A stretch of 64,000 bases of DNA from an uncultured bacterium. Its GTDB lineage: Bacteria; Krumholzibacteriota; Krumholzibacteriia; Krumholzibacteriales; Krumholzibacteriaceae. The position numbers and the translations under genes were made by a program. Below are positions 7,826 to 20,441 of this stretch, piece after piece (within the stretch, counting starts at the first letter, position 1; every line of letters starts with the position of its first letter). The notes beneath the pieces are model-generated. The model worked only from the letters and a program-made list of their open reading frames with translations, searched no databases and was not told the DNA's origin. The stretch covers positions 320,001 through 384,000 of the forward strand of contig CAWFAD010000016.1 in assembly GCA_963813815.1 (NCBI GenBank). Direction: 5' to 3'.

Positions 7826-10714
7826 ATGATCGGCCGGACGATTTCTCATTACAAGATAATAGAGAAGCTCGGCGAAGGCGGGATGGGCGTCGTCTATCGG
7901 GCCGAGGATCTCACGCTCGGCCGGACCGTGGCGCTTAAGTTCTTGCCGCCTGACTCAATTGCGCGAGAGGAAGACCGAGCCCGTCTCGTGCACGAGGCGC
8001 GGGCGGCCGCGGCGCTTCTCCATCCCAACATTTGCCCCGTCTACGAGGTCGCCGAGGCTGAGGGCCGCACGTTCATTTCGATGGCGCACATCGAGGGCCG
8101 GAGCCTCAAGGAACGCATCGCCGATGGGCCGATCCCGCTGGATGAGGCGCTTGCGATCGGCCGCCGGATAGGGGAAGCTCTCGCCGCCGCCCATACGAAA
8201 GGCATCATTCACCGCGACATCAAGCCCGCGAACATAATGCTGACCGGGGACGGCCGCCCGATGCTCATGGACTTCGGGCTCGCAAAGGTCTCTGGAGCGA
8301 CGAAGCTCACGCGTACGGGGACGACGATGGGTACGGTGGCGTACATGTCGCCGGAGCAGGTGCATGGGAAAGAGGCGGATCACCGGAGCGACATCTGGGC
8401 GCTGGGAGTGGTGCTGTACGAGCTCGTTTCGGGCAAGGCGCCGTTTGGGGGAGAGTACGAAGCCGCGCTTCTGTATTCGATCATGAATGAAGATCCCGGG
8501 CCGCTCTCGGTTGAGGGGCGCGATATTCCCGCTGGCCTCGATGGAATCATCGCCAAAGCGCTCGCGAAGGATCCGATGCGGAGGTACCAGAAGGCGGAGG
8601 AGCTTGTCGCCGACCTTGACACGCTGGCTCGAGACCGAGAGGCGTTGCCCGCGGGCAAGACCCTGCCAGCGCGGGGGCTAAAGCGCCGCTGGCGCCGCTG
8701 GCGTCCGTGGCAGCGTGGAGCGGCAATAGCTTCGATCGTGGCGCTCGCTGCGATCGCGGCAGCGCTGACGATCAGGCTTTGGCCTTCGGCTCCGGACGCC
8801 ATGGAATATTCGCTCGCCGTGATGGATTTTCGCGATCTCGCGACACCGAATGATCCGATCGTCTCCGCGGGGCTTACCGAGCTCGTGAACATGGGGCTCA
8901 TCCAGGCGGAGCTCGTGCGAATCGTTAGCTCTGACCTTTTACATGACCTGCGCCGCCGTCTCTTTGGCTCTCCGCGCGGCGCGATCGAAGATAGTCAGAC
9001 AATGGAGATTGCGCGCCAGGCCGGGGCGACGCTCTTTCTCGTAGCGACGATTGGGGAGTCCGGGGGGAACCGGGTTGTGAACTGGCGGTTGGTGGATGCC
9101 CGGAACGGTCAGAATGTAGCTGCGCGCCGGGCTGAGGGGCGCACGGACGTCGATCTCGCGGATCAAATCATAGCTCAGGTCATGCCGATGATAGCGCGCG
9201 CGTGCGGTGTCAAGGCGCCGAGTGCCGACCCGACGACAATGGAAAGCATTACGACCGGGAACCCGCGCGCCTATCAACATTACATGGCGGGTCTCCTCGC
9301 CTTCGAGGAAGGACGACCGGACGAGGCGATCACCGAGTTCAAACGGGCATTGACGCAGGATACGACATTTGCGCTGGCGCATCTCCAACTTGGGAAACTC
9401 TTTACCCGGTATCAGGATTGGGGAAATGCCGAGAAGCATAGAGAGAGGGCGTGGAGCCTGCGGTCCCGCTTGAGCACAAAGGACCAAATGCGACTTGAAG
9501 CGGCACGTCTTTCTTCTAGCAATGAACCGAGTAAACAGCGCGATGCGGCCGAGCTCCTTCGAGAGATGCGAAGACGCTGGCCGGACGACCGGATGGTGGT
9601 ACTCGAGCTGGGGGATTTGCTGATCGGATACTGGCATTTTGCGGAGGCTTTGGAGGTGTTTGAAGACGGACACCGTCTGTTTCCCGATGATGCCGGTTTG
9701 AGCGGCCGGTACGTCTCCGTACTCGGCGCCATGGGCCGATACCGGGAGGCGCTTCGCGTGGTTCGGGTCAACACGGAACGAAATCCCAACGATCCGTCGG
9801 CCTGGGATGCCGTGGGGAACGTGTATCTCGGCCTGGGGCAACCGGACAGCGCGGAGGCGGCGTTTCGCGAGGCGACGAAGATCGATCCCGAGTGGAGGCC
9901 CGAAAACTACGCCCGCTGCGCGTATTGGCGTGGAGATCTCAAGGGCGCTATCGGAATATTCGAGAAAATCCTCGCGCGGCAGGACATCAGCGCGAACAGG
10001 CGCGAAGAATTGATTACGCTGAGTACGCAGGGCTTGAACATGGCGGCGCTTTACATCGAGGCGGGGCAGTACGAAAAGGCGCGCGAAGCGCTGCGCGGAT
10101 ACATGGATTCGCAGTTCGGCCGGACGAATCAGCTGCTGCTGATGATGGGGAGCGCGCAAGAGGTGCTTGATCGGATCGAGCTCATGGATGAGGAAATCGA
10201 GCGAGCACGTTCGTACAGCTGGCGCAGGCACCGTGGCATGGCTCTCGCCATGCTCGGCGACGCCGAAGGAGCCAGAAGAGCGGTGAGCGAAGACTGCGAA
10301 TCTCTGTGGGATTGGATCTGCCGCACGTACGCTCCGCTGATGCAGGCGGAAGCCGCCCTCGCCGATGGCAACCCGCGGATGGCTTTTGACTCTCTGAACG
10401 TCATGAAAGAGATCTGTCCGGGATTCTTCGTCGCGCCCGGTGGGGATTTCTTGAGCATCCGAACGCAAACGATCCTCGCTCGCGCCTATCGGATGGATGG
10501 CCGTCTCGATGAAGCCGCCCGCGTGTACGAGGAGTGGCTCCGGAGGTGCGGCGGACACGCTCTCGGGCACTATGAGCTGGGGCAGATCTACGAGGACATG
10601 AAGCGCCCCGCGGATGCGAAGAAGGAATACGCGAAGTTCCTCGAGATGTGGTCTGAAGCTGATGAAGATTTGCCGCAACTCGTGGACGCGCGGAAGCGTC
10701 TGGCCGCCCTTTAG
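7826..10714 (+). CDS. Membrane-anchored Ser/Thr protein kinase with extracytoplasmic TPR region
   Basis: Kinase motifs HRDIKPAN, DFG, YMSPEQ; basic cluster followed by TM segment GAAIASIVALAAIAAALTI; TPRs; ends ADEDLPQLVDARKRLAAL. Confidence 0.93.
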   Translation: MIGRTISHYKIIEKLGEGGMGVVYRAEDLTLGRTVALKFLPPDSIAREEDRARLVHEARAAAALLHPNICPVYEVAEAEGRTFISMAHIEGRSLKERIADGPIPLDEALAIGRRIGEALAAAHTKGIIHRDIKPANIMLTGDGRPMLMDFGLAKVSGATKLTRTGTTMGTVAYMSPEQVHGKEADHRSDIWALGVVLYELVSGKAPFGGEYEAALLYSIMNEDPGPLSVEGRDIPAGLDGIIAKALAKDPMRRYQKAEELVADLDTLARDREALPAGKTLPARGLKRRWRRWRPWQRGAAIASIVALAAIAAALTIRLWPSAPDAMEYSLAVMDFRDLATPNDPIVSAGLTELVNMGLIQAELVRIVSSDLLHDLRRRLFGSPRGAIEDSQTMEIARQAGATLFLVATIGESGGNRVVNWRLVDARNGQNVAARRAEGRTDVDLADQIIAQVMPMIARACGVKAPSADPTTMESITTGNPRAYQHYMAGLLAFEEGRPDEAITEFKRALTQDTTFALAHLQLGKLFTRYQDWGNAEKHRERAWSLRSRLSTKDQMRLEAARLSSSNEPSKQRDAAELLREMRRRWPDDRMVVLELGDLLIGYWHFAEALEVFEDGHRLFPDDAGLSGRYVSVLGAMGRYREALRVVRVNTERNPNDPSAWDAVGNVYLGLGQPDSAEAAFREATKIDPEWRPENYARCAYWRGDLKGAIGIFEKILARQDISANRREELITLSTQGLNMAALYIEAGQYEKAREALRGYMDSQFGRTNQLLLMMGSAQEVLDRIELMDEEIERARSYSWRRHRGMALAMLGDAEGARRAVSEDCESLWDWICRTYAPLMQAEAALADGNPRMAFDSLNVMKEICPGFFVAPGGDFLSIRTQTILARAYRMDGRLDEAARVYEEWLRRCGGHALGHYELGQIYEDMKRPADAKKEYAKFLEMWSEADEDLPQLVDARKRLAAL

Positions 10715-10728
10715 ATTGCCTCCCAAAG

Positions 10729-10771
10729 CAGAGGGAGATAAGGCGGAGGGTTACGTCAGGGGAGCCAGATT
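10729..10771 (+). repeat. 43-bp intergenic repeat, copy 4 of 4
   Basis: cagagggagataaggcggagggttacgtcaggggagccagatt; similarity to copy 2 continues to about 10804. Confidence 0.85.
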
Positions 10772-11038
10772 ATTTCTATCCGAGCTCGCGGCGTCCCCTT
10801 GGTTCGACCTACTGATAAATACTCAGTTTGGCTGAATCGGCGATGCCATCGGTGACAGCCGCCGATATCTGTGGACTTACTATCGTGTCGCGGCTATCAT
10901 GAAGTGCGATATAAGCATTTCCTCCTGATCAGAAACGCGTGCCGATGGGCGCTCCGAAGTTGCATCGAAGATTCCCGCCCAGTGAAATCCATCGCAAAGT
11001 CGAGAAGCTTGGATCCAATGATGACGCAAGGACAGTGA

Positions 11039-14000
11039 GTGGAAACAGGTATCCTCATAGGCTACTTCGCCCAACGAGCTGAGGCGCGCAGGGCCTTCAG
11101 GGAGCTCCAGCGAAGGGGTTTCCGCCGCGCCGCGCTCGTGAGCAAGACCGCGGGTGGAAATATCCATACGCAGGATCCTTTCCTGTGGCGCCGCGCTGTC
11201 GGAATCGCATCGGCTTTCATTCTGTTCGGAGCGCTCGCCGGAGCTGTTTCCATGAGCCTTCATTGGCCAGGGTCGATTCCGGGCGGACGTCCCCGTCGTC
11301 CTGATCCCGGGCCTTGTCGGCGGATTCGCCGGGATCCTCTTCGGCGCCGCGTGGATTCGACGATCGCGGTACGGCGTGGAACGAAGGCTGCTCGAGAATC
11401 ACGCGCGATGGCTCGTGTCCGAGGAGACCGTCCTGATTCTCCAGACGCCGATCGAAACGCTGCGTGTTCCCGTGGCGGTGCTGCGAGAAAGCGGCGAGAT
11501 CCCGCCCGCGATATTCGTCCTGCATCCGAAGCGGGAGAGTCTCGTCGGAGAAGTGGAGAGCCTCGCGAGTCCGCTCTCGGCGGCGCAGATTCAGGAGCAT
11601 GCCGAGCGCTTCGCACGGGACCAGCGGGTGGACCCGCGTCCGCCGGCGGAGCGTCGAACTGCTCAAGCGGCTCGAACAGACTCGGGCGTGGATCCATCTG
11701 GCATGCCTGGATCTGTCCGAAGCGAGTCGACTGGGACAGAGTACGCCTCCAACGGCCGAGTGGCTCCTCGACAACGAGTACATCATCGATAGCAACACCC
11801 GCGACGTTCAGCATGAACCTTCCCCGGCGCTATTACCAGGAGCTGCCGGCGCTCGCCAACGAGCCCTACCGGGGTCTGCCGCGCATCTACGGACTGGCGA
11901 GGGAACTCGTCTCCCATACGGATTTGCGCCTGGACCGGGAGAACATCCTCGCCTTTGTCGAGGCCTATCAATCCGTGCGGCGCGTTGACGATCGGCGAGC
12001 TCTGGGCCGTCCCTCAGATGCTGCGCATCGCGTTGATCGAGAGCATCTTGAGTATCGCCGAAAGAGCTCTGACGGAGCTGCGGGAGCGCGAGGTCGCGGA
12101 CTTCTGGGCGAACAGGCTCATCACCGCCAATCGGCGCGATCCCAACCAGCTCTTCTCGATCCTGGCCGAGCTGGCGGAAACGCAGCCCGCCCCGAGCCCT
12201 CATTTCGCCTCTCAGCTGGTCGATCACCTCTACGACGAGGAAGCCGCGCTCGTGCCGGTCCAGAGCTGGCTCGAGCGCACGTTCCGCAAATCCCTGAGCG
12301 AGCTCAACCTCCGCGAGCAGAACCGCCAGACGAAGGATCAGATATCGATCGGGAATGCGTTCACCAGCCTGCGACAGCTCGCCCTGCTGGATTGGAGGAA
12401 GATATTCGAGGAGCTGAGCCGGGTGGAGCGGCTGCTTCGGCTGGATCCGTCCGGCGTCTATCCCCGGATGGATTTCGATACGCGCGATCGGTATCGCCGC
12501 GCCGTTGAAGAGCTCGCCCGCAGGTCCGGCCAGACGGAAGAGCGAGTCGCCCAACGGGTCATCGAGCTGGCTGCGCGTCGCCGCCCGTGAAGCGGCGAAG
12601 GACGAACGGCGGATCCATGTCGGGACCTATCTGATCGGCGAGGGAAGGCGAGAGCTGGCGCAGCTCATCGGCTGCCGCGAGGCGCTCCGGTTCCGCGCCG
12701 TGCAATGGGTGTACCGCCATCATTCCGCGGTGTACTTTCTCTCGGACTCGGCTTTTTCACCGCGGCGTTCATCTCCCTGATCGTCCTGCTCGGCCTGGGC
12801 GGACAGACGTCCGGGATCCGGTTCTTGATGGTCCTCCTCCTGTTGGTTCCCGCCAGCCAGCTTTCGCTCGAGGTGGTGAACTACCTGGTCACCCGGTCGC
12901 TTCCGCCGCGCACCCTTCCGAAGATGGATTTCGAGAAGTCCGGCATCCCCGACGAATTTCGCACGCTGGTCGTCGTGCCCATGCTGCTCGTGGACGCGCA
13001 GGCGATCAGGGACGAGGTGGACAAGCTCGAAATCCGCTATCTGGCCAACAAGGAAGACAATCTGCTCTTCGGCCTCTTCTCGGATTATACGGATTCGAAG
13101 CAGGCTCACGGCGAAGAGGACGAGCCTTCTGCTCCAGGCGGCGATCGAAGGCATCGCAGCTCTCAATCGGCCGGTACGGCGGCGAGCGTTTCTTCCTCTT
13201 CCATCGGGAGCGAACGTGGAGCGAATCCGAACAGAAGTTCATCGGATGGGAGCGCAAACGCGGCAAGCTGGAAGAGCTCAATCGCCTGATCGATGGAACG
13301 CGGCCCGAAGATGCCGGGCGGTTGGTGTACGTCGGCGACCCGGATCATCTGTCGGATGTGCGGTTCGTCATCACGCTGGACAGCGACACGCAGCTGCCCC
13401 ACGACGACCGCCCGCAGGATGATCGAGACCCTGGCGCACCCGCTCAACCAGCCGCGCTTCGACGGCGAAGGCAATATCCTGGCCGGCTCCTATACGATCA
13501 TCCAGCCGCGCGTGAGCCCTTCCCTGCCGAGCACGAGCGCCACGCCGTTCAGCCGTCTCTTCGCGGACGCGGTCGGAATCGATCCCTATACGAAGGCCGT
13601 TTCCGACGTCAATCAGGATCTCTCCGGTGAAGGCTCCTACCACGGCAAGGGCATCTATGATGTGCGCGCCTTCAGTCGAGTGCTTTCCGGCAGGTTTCCC
13701 GAAGAGGGTTGCTGAGCCACGACTTGATCGAGGGCGCGCACGTTCGGGTGGGCCTGGCCAGCGATATCGAGCTCTATGATGAATTCCCGCAGGATTACCT
13801 GAGCTACACCGGCCGGCAGCATCGCTGGATTCGCGGTGATTGGCAGATCGCGGATTGGATCTTGCCGCGCGTTCCCCGGCCCGGAGAGGCACGGAGGTCC
13901 GAACCCGCTCTCCTGGTTCGACCGCTGGAAGATTTTCGACAACCTGCGCCGGAGCCTGATACCCGCGACCAGCCTGGCGTTGCTCATAGCCTCCTGGCTT

Positions 14001-17000
14001 GATCTCCTCCCGGATGGTATGGATCTCCACCCTGGTGGTCGCCGTGCAGCTGCTCTTCCAGCCCTTGGCGCAGCCCTTCACCTGGGCGACCACCCGCCAG
14101 GGGCTGAAGGGCTTCTCCTTCTCGAAAGTGGCGCACGACCTGCTGCGGACGATCGTCGAAGCCGCGCTGCTTCCGCACCAGGCCTGGCTGGCTCTGGACG
14201 CCATTCTGCGGGTCTGGTATCGGCGCCTCATTTCTCGCCGGAGGCTTGCTCGAGTGGACGTCCGCCCAGGTGACGCAGTGGAATGCTCCTGATCGGCTGC
14301 GAACGTTCGTGCTCCTGCTGGGCTTGGTGAGCCTTTTCAGCGGGATCGTGGGCTGGGCGGTGCAGCGCTGGATGCCGGCGAACCTTGTCGTGGCCGGCCC
14401 CTGGCTCGTGTTGTGGTTCCTATCCCCTCTGATCGGCTGGCTCTTGACCCTTCGGCCGCGCGGCGAGGCCGCAGCAATTCCTGCTCCTTGAAAAGGATAT
14501 GCGATTCCTGCGGAAGGTCGCGCGACGAACCTGGCGCTATTTCTCGGATTTTGTCGGCGATGAGACGTCGTGGCTTCCGCCCGACAACTACCAGGTCTCT
14601 CCACCAGAATCAACTGGCGATGCGCACCAGTCCGACCAATATCGGTCTCTGGATGGTCAGCGCGCTCGGCCGCGCATGATTTCGGATACCTGACGGTGGA
14701 TCAGGTCGTCGACAAGCTGACCCGCACCATGGAGACGATCGACAAGCTGGAGCGCTATGAGGGCCATCTGCTGAATTGGTACGATATTCAGACCTTGGCC
14801 CCTCTCGAGCCTCGCTACGTGTCCACCGTGGACAGCGGAAACCTGCTCGGCGCCCTCTGGACCCTGGAGCATGGCCTCGATGAGCTGATTCGGGGCCCCG
14901 TCCTGGATGCGAAGGCTTTTGAGGGCCTGCGGGACACCGGGGAGATCTTGAAGCAGACCGCCGAACGAGGAAGGCGTTTCCGGTCTCGGATACCGCGCCT
15001 CTTCGACGAGCTGATGCGCGCGTGGGAAGACCCGCCGGATCGCATCGTCGACGCGCTTCGCCTGTTGCGGCGGATGGAGAGGAGCGCGAGGGCTCTCGCC
15101 GGAGCGGCGCGCGGGTCCGCCGACAGTGAGGCGGGAGCGGCCTATTGGGCCGATCAGATGGAGAGACAGGTATCGTCCTGGCTGCGGTATCGCGGATCGT
15201 TATCTCGCCTGGATCGAAATCCTCGACGAAAAGACGGAAGAGGAGATCGCACCGCTGGGTCCGGAGGCTCTGCTCGCCATGCCGCGAGGATCTGCATCAT
15301 GCGCCTTCGCTTCTCGATCTCGCCAAGGGACACGTCGGCTGCATTCAGATCCTCCAGTCGATCCGGGAGGCGGCGCCCCCGGCCGACGGGCCTCTCTTCG
15401 AATGGATCGACCGCCTCATGGAAGCCTTCGCGCAGGTCGAAATGGCTGGCCGGTGAAATGCTGGCCTTGAGCGAACGGCTCATCCAGGATGGACGCGAGC
15501 TCTCCGAATCGATCAACATGCGCTTTCTCTATGACTCCGAACCGCAGGCTGTTCTCCATCGGCTACAACGTCTCCGAAGGACGCTCGGATAGCGCCTACT
15601 ACGATCTTCTGGCGAGCGAGGCGCGGCTCGGGAGTTTCATCGCCATCGCGCGGGGGGATGTCTCCGATCGAGCATTGGTTCTCCATGAGCCGGCCCTACG
15701 GCGCGATCGGCCGGCGCCGCGTGCTGCTCAGCTGGACCGGGACCATGTTCGAATACCTGATGCCGCTGCTTTTCCAGCGCTCCTACGGCAACTCGCTCCT
15801 CGACAAGGCGACGAAGGAAGCGGTGGCGATCCACATCGCCTACGGTCGCAAGCGTCATGTGCCGTGGGGGATCTCGGAGTCCGCCTTCGGAGATCTGGAC
15901 ATCAACAAGACCTATCAGTACAAGGCCTTCGGCGTGCCGGAGCTCGGACTGAAGCGCGGCCTGGAGGAGGATGTCGTCGTCGCGCCCTATGCCACCCTTC
16001 TGGCGGTGAACATTGCGCCGAGAGAGACCGTGCAGAATCTGAGACGACTGGCCAAGCTGGGGCTTCTGAACGAGTACGGCTATTACGAAGCGATGGACTT
16101 CAGCCGTCAGCCGAGTCGCGAGGGCGAGCGCGGGGTGATCGTGCGGGCGTATATGGCCCATCATCAGGGAATGGCTTTCCTCTCGCTCGCCAACCTCCTC
16201 CATGGCAATTCCATCCAGCGCCGTTTCCACGCCGACGCGCGCGTTCGCGCGGTTGAGCCGTTGCTCCACGAGCGCATCCCGGTCCTTTCTCCGCTGCACC
16301 ACATCTCCACGCGGGAGAGAGTGCCATCGGCGATGGACGTCGGCGAGGTCGTCGCCATCGGAGAGCAAATTCGACACACCCCACACCGCCACGCCCAAGA
16401 CCCAGCTGCTCGTGCAATGGTCGCTATCACCTGATGCTCACGAACGCCGGCGGAGGATACAGCCGGTGGGGCGACTATGAAATCACCCGCTGGAGGTCGG
16501 ATCGAACCCGGGATTCGTGGGGAACCTTCTGCTACATCCATGAAGCCGAATCCGGATCGACTTGTGGTCCAACACGTATCACCCGATCGGCGGAAAGGTC
16601 GAGGCGTATTCCGCCAACTTCGCGCTCGACCGTGCCGTGTTCCGGCGCATCGACAACGGCATTCAAACCGAAACCGAGGTCATCGTCTCGCCGGAAGATG
16701 ACGTCGAGATTCGGCGGATCACGCTGTTCAACCGATCCGTTCGCACGCGCCGCCTCGATCTCACGAGCTACGTCGAGCTCTCGCTGGCGCCGCACAACGC
16801 GGACCGGCAGCATCCGGCCTTCAACAAGCTGTTTATCCAGACCGAGGCGGTGCGCGAACATCAAGCGCTCCTCGCGTACCGCCGACCTCGCGGAGAAGAC
16901 GACCCGCCCATCTATGTCGCACACCGCTTCACGCTCGAACAAGCCGATGACGAAGCCTTGCGGTTCGAGACGGACCGGCGCCGGTTCATCGGGCGCGGGC

Positions 17001-20000
17001 GGACGCTCGCGAATCCCGATGGGGGTCTTTCAGGAGCCCGGCAACAGCCAGGGTTTCGTCCTCGACCCGATCCTCAGCCTGCGGCGGAGCGTGACCCTCG
17101 CTCCGGGCCAGCGCGTCCAGGTTTCCCTTGTTATCGCGGCCGGCGAAACACGCCAGCAGGTCTTGAGACTGATGGACAAGTACGGCGATCCCCACGCGAT
17201 CGATCGGGCGATGGATTTCGCCTGGGCCTCCGCCCAGCTCGAGCTGCGGCTGCTTCGCATCCAGCCCGACGAAGCCCGTCGCTTCCAGCAGATTGACCAG
17301 CCACCTGCTGTTTCCCAATCCCACTCCTGCGCCCTCCCGCCGAACGCATCGAGGAGAACCGCAAGGGTCAGGCCGGGCTTGTGGCCCTATGGAATCTCGG
17401 GCGACGTGCCGATCGCCCTGGTCACCATCGGCGAGGCGCGGGATATCGGCCTCGTCCGTCAGATGCTCCAGGCGCACACCTATTGGCGGAATGCACGGGT
17501 TGAAGGCCGACCTGGTGATCCTCAACGAGGAGGCCAGCGGCTATGAGCAGCCGCTGCGTGAACGACTCGAGCGCCTGATCCAGGCGCATTCGACGCATAC
17601 CGGGATCGATACAGCCGGCGGGATCTATCTTGCGCAGCGCGGATCACATCCCGGAGGAAGATCTGACGCTGCTCATGGCCGCGGCGAGTGTGGTGCTGGT
17701 GGCCGCGCGCGGCACCTTGCCCCAGCAGTTGGGCGTGCCGGCCGAGGCTCCCGAGCTGCCGGAACCCATGGCCAGGAAGCGCGCCCCCCGGGATGCCCTC
17801 GCCTCCGCTGCCCTTCCTGGAACTTGCCCTACTTCAACAGCCTGGGCGGGTTCACCCCGGATGGACGCGAGTACGCGATCTATCTCGGCCCCGACACCCA
17901 TACGCCTGCGCCCTGGGTGAACGTCATCGCCAACCCGACCTTCGGGACACTGGTCAGCGAAACGGGGTCGGGCTTCACCTGGTACGGCAACAGCCAGCGC
18001 AATCGCCTGACGGAGTGGTCGAACGATCCCGTGACGGATCCGCCTTCCGAGGCGCTGTACATCCGGGATGAGGAGACCGGTGTCTACTGGACGCCGACCG
18101 CGTCGCCGATCCGCGAGGAGACCGCCTACCGGGCGAGACACGGGGCGGGGTACACGGTGTTCGAGCATAACAGCCACGGGATCGAGCAGGAGCTCGACGG
18201 TCTTCGTTCCCGTGGACGAGAACGGGGGAGAGCCGGTCAAGCTGCAGCGGCTGCGGCTGCAGAAACGACTCGTCCGGGGCATCGCACGCTGTCGGTCACG
18301 TACTACGTGGAGTGGACGCTGGGCGAGAACCGCGAGTCCTCCCAGATGCACGTCGTGACCCAATGGGATGACGAAGTCCAGGCCCTGATCGCCCGGAATC
18401 GCTACCACCCGGAGTACGGAGACTCGGGTCGCCTTCGCGGCCATCAGCCCGCCCGCGGAGTCGTATAACGGCGACCGCACGTCCTTCCTGGGGCGCAATC
18501 GCTCGCTGGGCAACCCCGCGGCGATGGAACGGATCAGGCTTTCACGGCGGACGGGAGCGGGATTCGACCCGTGCGCCGCGCTGCAGGTCACGATCGAACT
18601 GGCGCCCGGCGAGACGATCCGAGATCACGTGCATGCTGGGCCAGGCCGAGTCGGTGGAGGAGGCGCATGCGCTGGTTCTGACCTACCGGGAAAGCCCGGC
18701 GCTCGAAGCCGCCCTCGAGCAGAACGAAAGCGTGGTGGGACGATCTGCTGGGAACGATCGAAGTGCATACTCCCGAGCTCGCGGCGGACTTCCTGATCAA
18801 CCGCTGGCTTCTGTACCAGAGCCTGAGCTGCCGGATCTGGGGACGTTCCGCCTTTTACCAGTCCGGGCGGCGCGTTCGGCTTCCGCGATCAATTGCAGGA
18901 CGTCATGGCCCTCGTCTATGCGCATCCCGAGCTGGCGCGCGAGCACATCCTGCTCGCGGCGAGCCGTCAGTTCAAGGAAGGCGATGTCCAGCACTGGTGG
19001 CATCCGCCGAACGGCGCGGGGATCCGCTCGCGGATCTCCGATGATCTCCTGTGGCTTCCCTACGTCGTCGCTCACTACATCAGGGTCACCGGCGATGCGG
19101 ACATCCTGCACGCGGAGGTTCCCTTCCTCAATGCTCCCCGCTGGAAGAGGGTCAGCACGAGATCTTCTCCACGCCGGAGGTCGCACTTGGAACGCGCCAC
19201 GCTGTTCGAGCACTGCCAGCGCGCGGTCGCGCGCGGCCTGACCTTCGGGCCCCATGGGTTGCCTCTTATGGGGACGGGGGACTGGAACGACGGGATGAAC
19301 CTCGTGGGCGCCGGAGGCAAGGGGGAGAGCGTTTGGCTGGCGTGGTTCCTGGCGGATGTGCTGCAGGGCATGGCCGAGATGTCCGAGCTGCTGGATCGGC
19401 CGGAGCTGAGCCGGACCTATCGGCAGGATAGGGAGTCGCTGATTCAGCGTGTCGAGCGAGACGGCATGGGACGGGGAATGGTATCTTCGGGCGATCTTCG
19501 ACGATGGCACGCCTCTCGGCTCCTCGGCCAACAGCGAGGCGACGATCGATTCCCTGCCCCAATCCTGGGCCTGGCTGAGCGGCGCCGCCGAGCACGGATC
19601 GCGCGGACGAAGGCCTTGGAATCGGCGTGGACGCATCTCGTGCGCGAGGATGAAGGCCTGGTGCTGCTCTTCGAACCTCCCTTCGACACGATCGGAGCCC
19701 TCCCCGGGCTACATCAGGGGATACCCGCCCGGGGTGCGGGAGAACGGAGGCCAGTACACTCACGCCGCCCTGTGGCTCGCCATGGCCATGGCGCGTCGAG
19801 GGGATGGCGAGCGGGCGGCGAAAATGCTGCGCATGCTCAACCCGATCGAGCGGGCGCGCGATCCCGAATCGGTCTGGCGCTATGGGATCGAGCCCTACGT
19901 GGTCGCCGCCGACGTGTACCGATTGCCCGGACGGATCGGCCAGGGAGGCTGGTCGTGGTATACCGGCTCGGCCGCCTGGATGTACCGGGCCTGGGTCGAA

Positions 20001-20295
20001 GAGGTCCTGGGTTTGAAGGTGCGAGGGGATCGCATGCAGCTGGACCCGGTCATCCCCGGATGGTGGGAGGGCTTTCAGCCTGCGCTATCGTCACGGTGAA
20101 GCGATCTATGAGATTCAGGTCGAGAATCCGGACAAGCGCGAGCGAGGCGTGTCGTGGGTGGAGATGGATGGTCGGCGCCTGCCGGATGGAGTGATCCCGC
20201 TGGAGAGGGGCCTCGTGAAGCATCGGATCCTCGTCCGCATGGGGGAGCCGGAGCGAGCAGCCGGCGATCCGTTGCGTCCGGCCGCTGTCGAATAG
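11039..20295 (+). pseudogene. ndvB: Cyclic beta-1,2-glucan synthase (NdvB/Cgs: GT84 + glucoamylase-like + GH94), split by many frameshifts (likely sequencing/assembly error)
   Basis: Fragments in alternating frames: [137 protein letters not shown]. Confidence 0.9.
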
Positions 20296-20441
20296 TACGG
20301 TGCACAAGCCGCACGCGGATCCCCGAGCGGCATGCGCTTTCATGCGCTCAACTGCTTCTCCGTGTCTGGCGGCAAATTCCTCCGGCGCTAAACCTCCCAG
20401 CGATTCGATGGCGCCGGCGTCGGGAGGCGATCGCCCTCACA

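Noticed and set aside
8939..10726. 595-aa minus-strand ORF
   Set aside because: Antisense shadow of kinase 2 with no recognisable motifs; typical of GC-rich DNA
3995..10771. 43-bp repeats as integron attC sites, tRNA ends or TPP aptamers
   Set aside because: No RYYYAAC..GTTRRRY inverted structure, no cloverleaf, and no CTGAGA/CCTGAT motifs
11039..20295. Programmed frameshifting or phase variation of ndvB
   Set aside because: Too many shifts, and no shared slippery motif or long homopolymers
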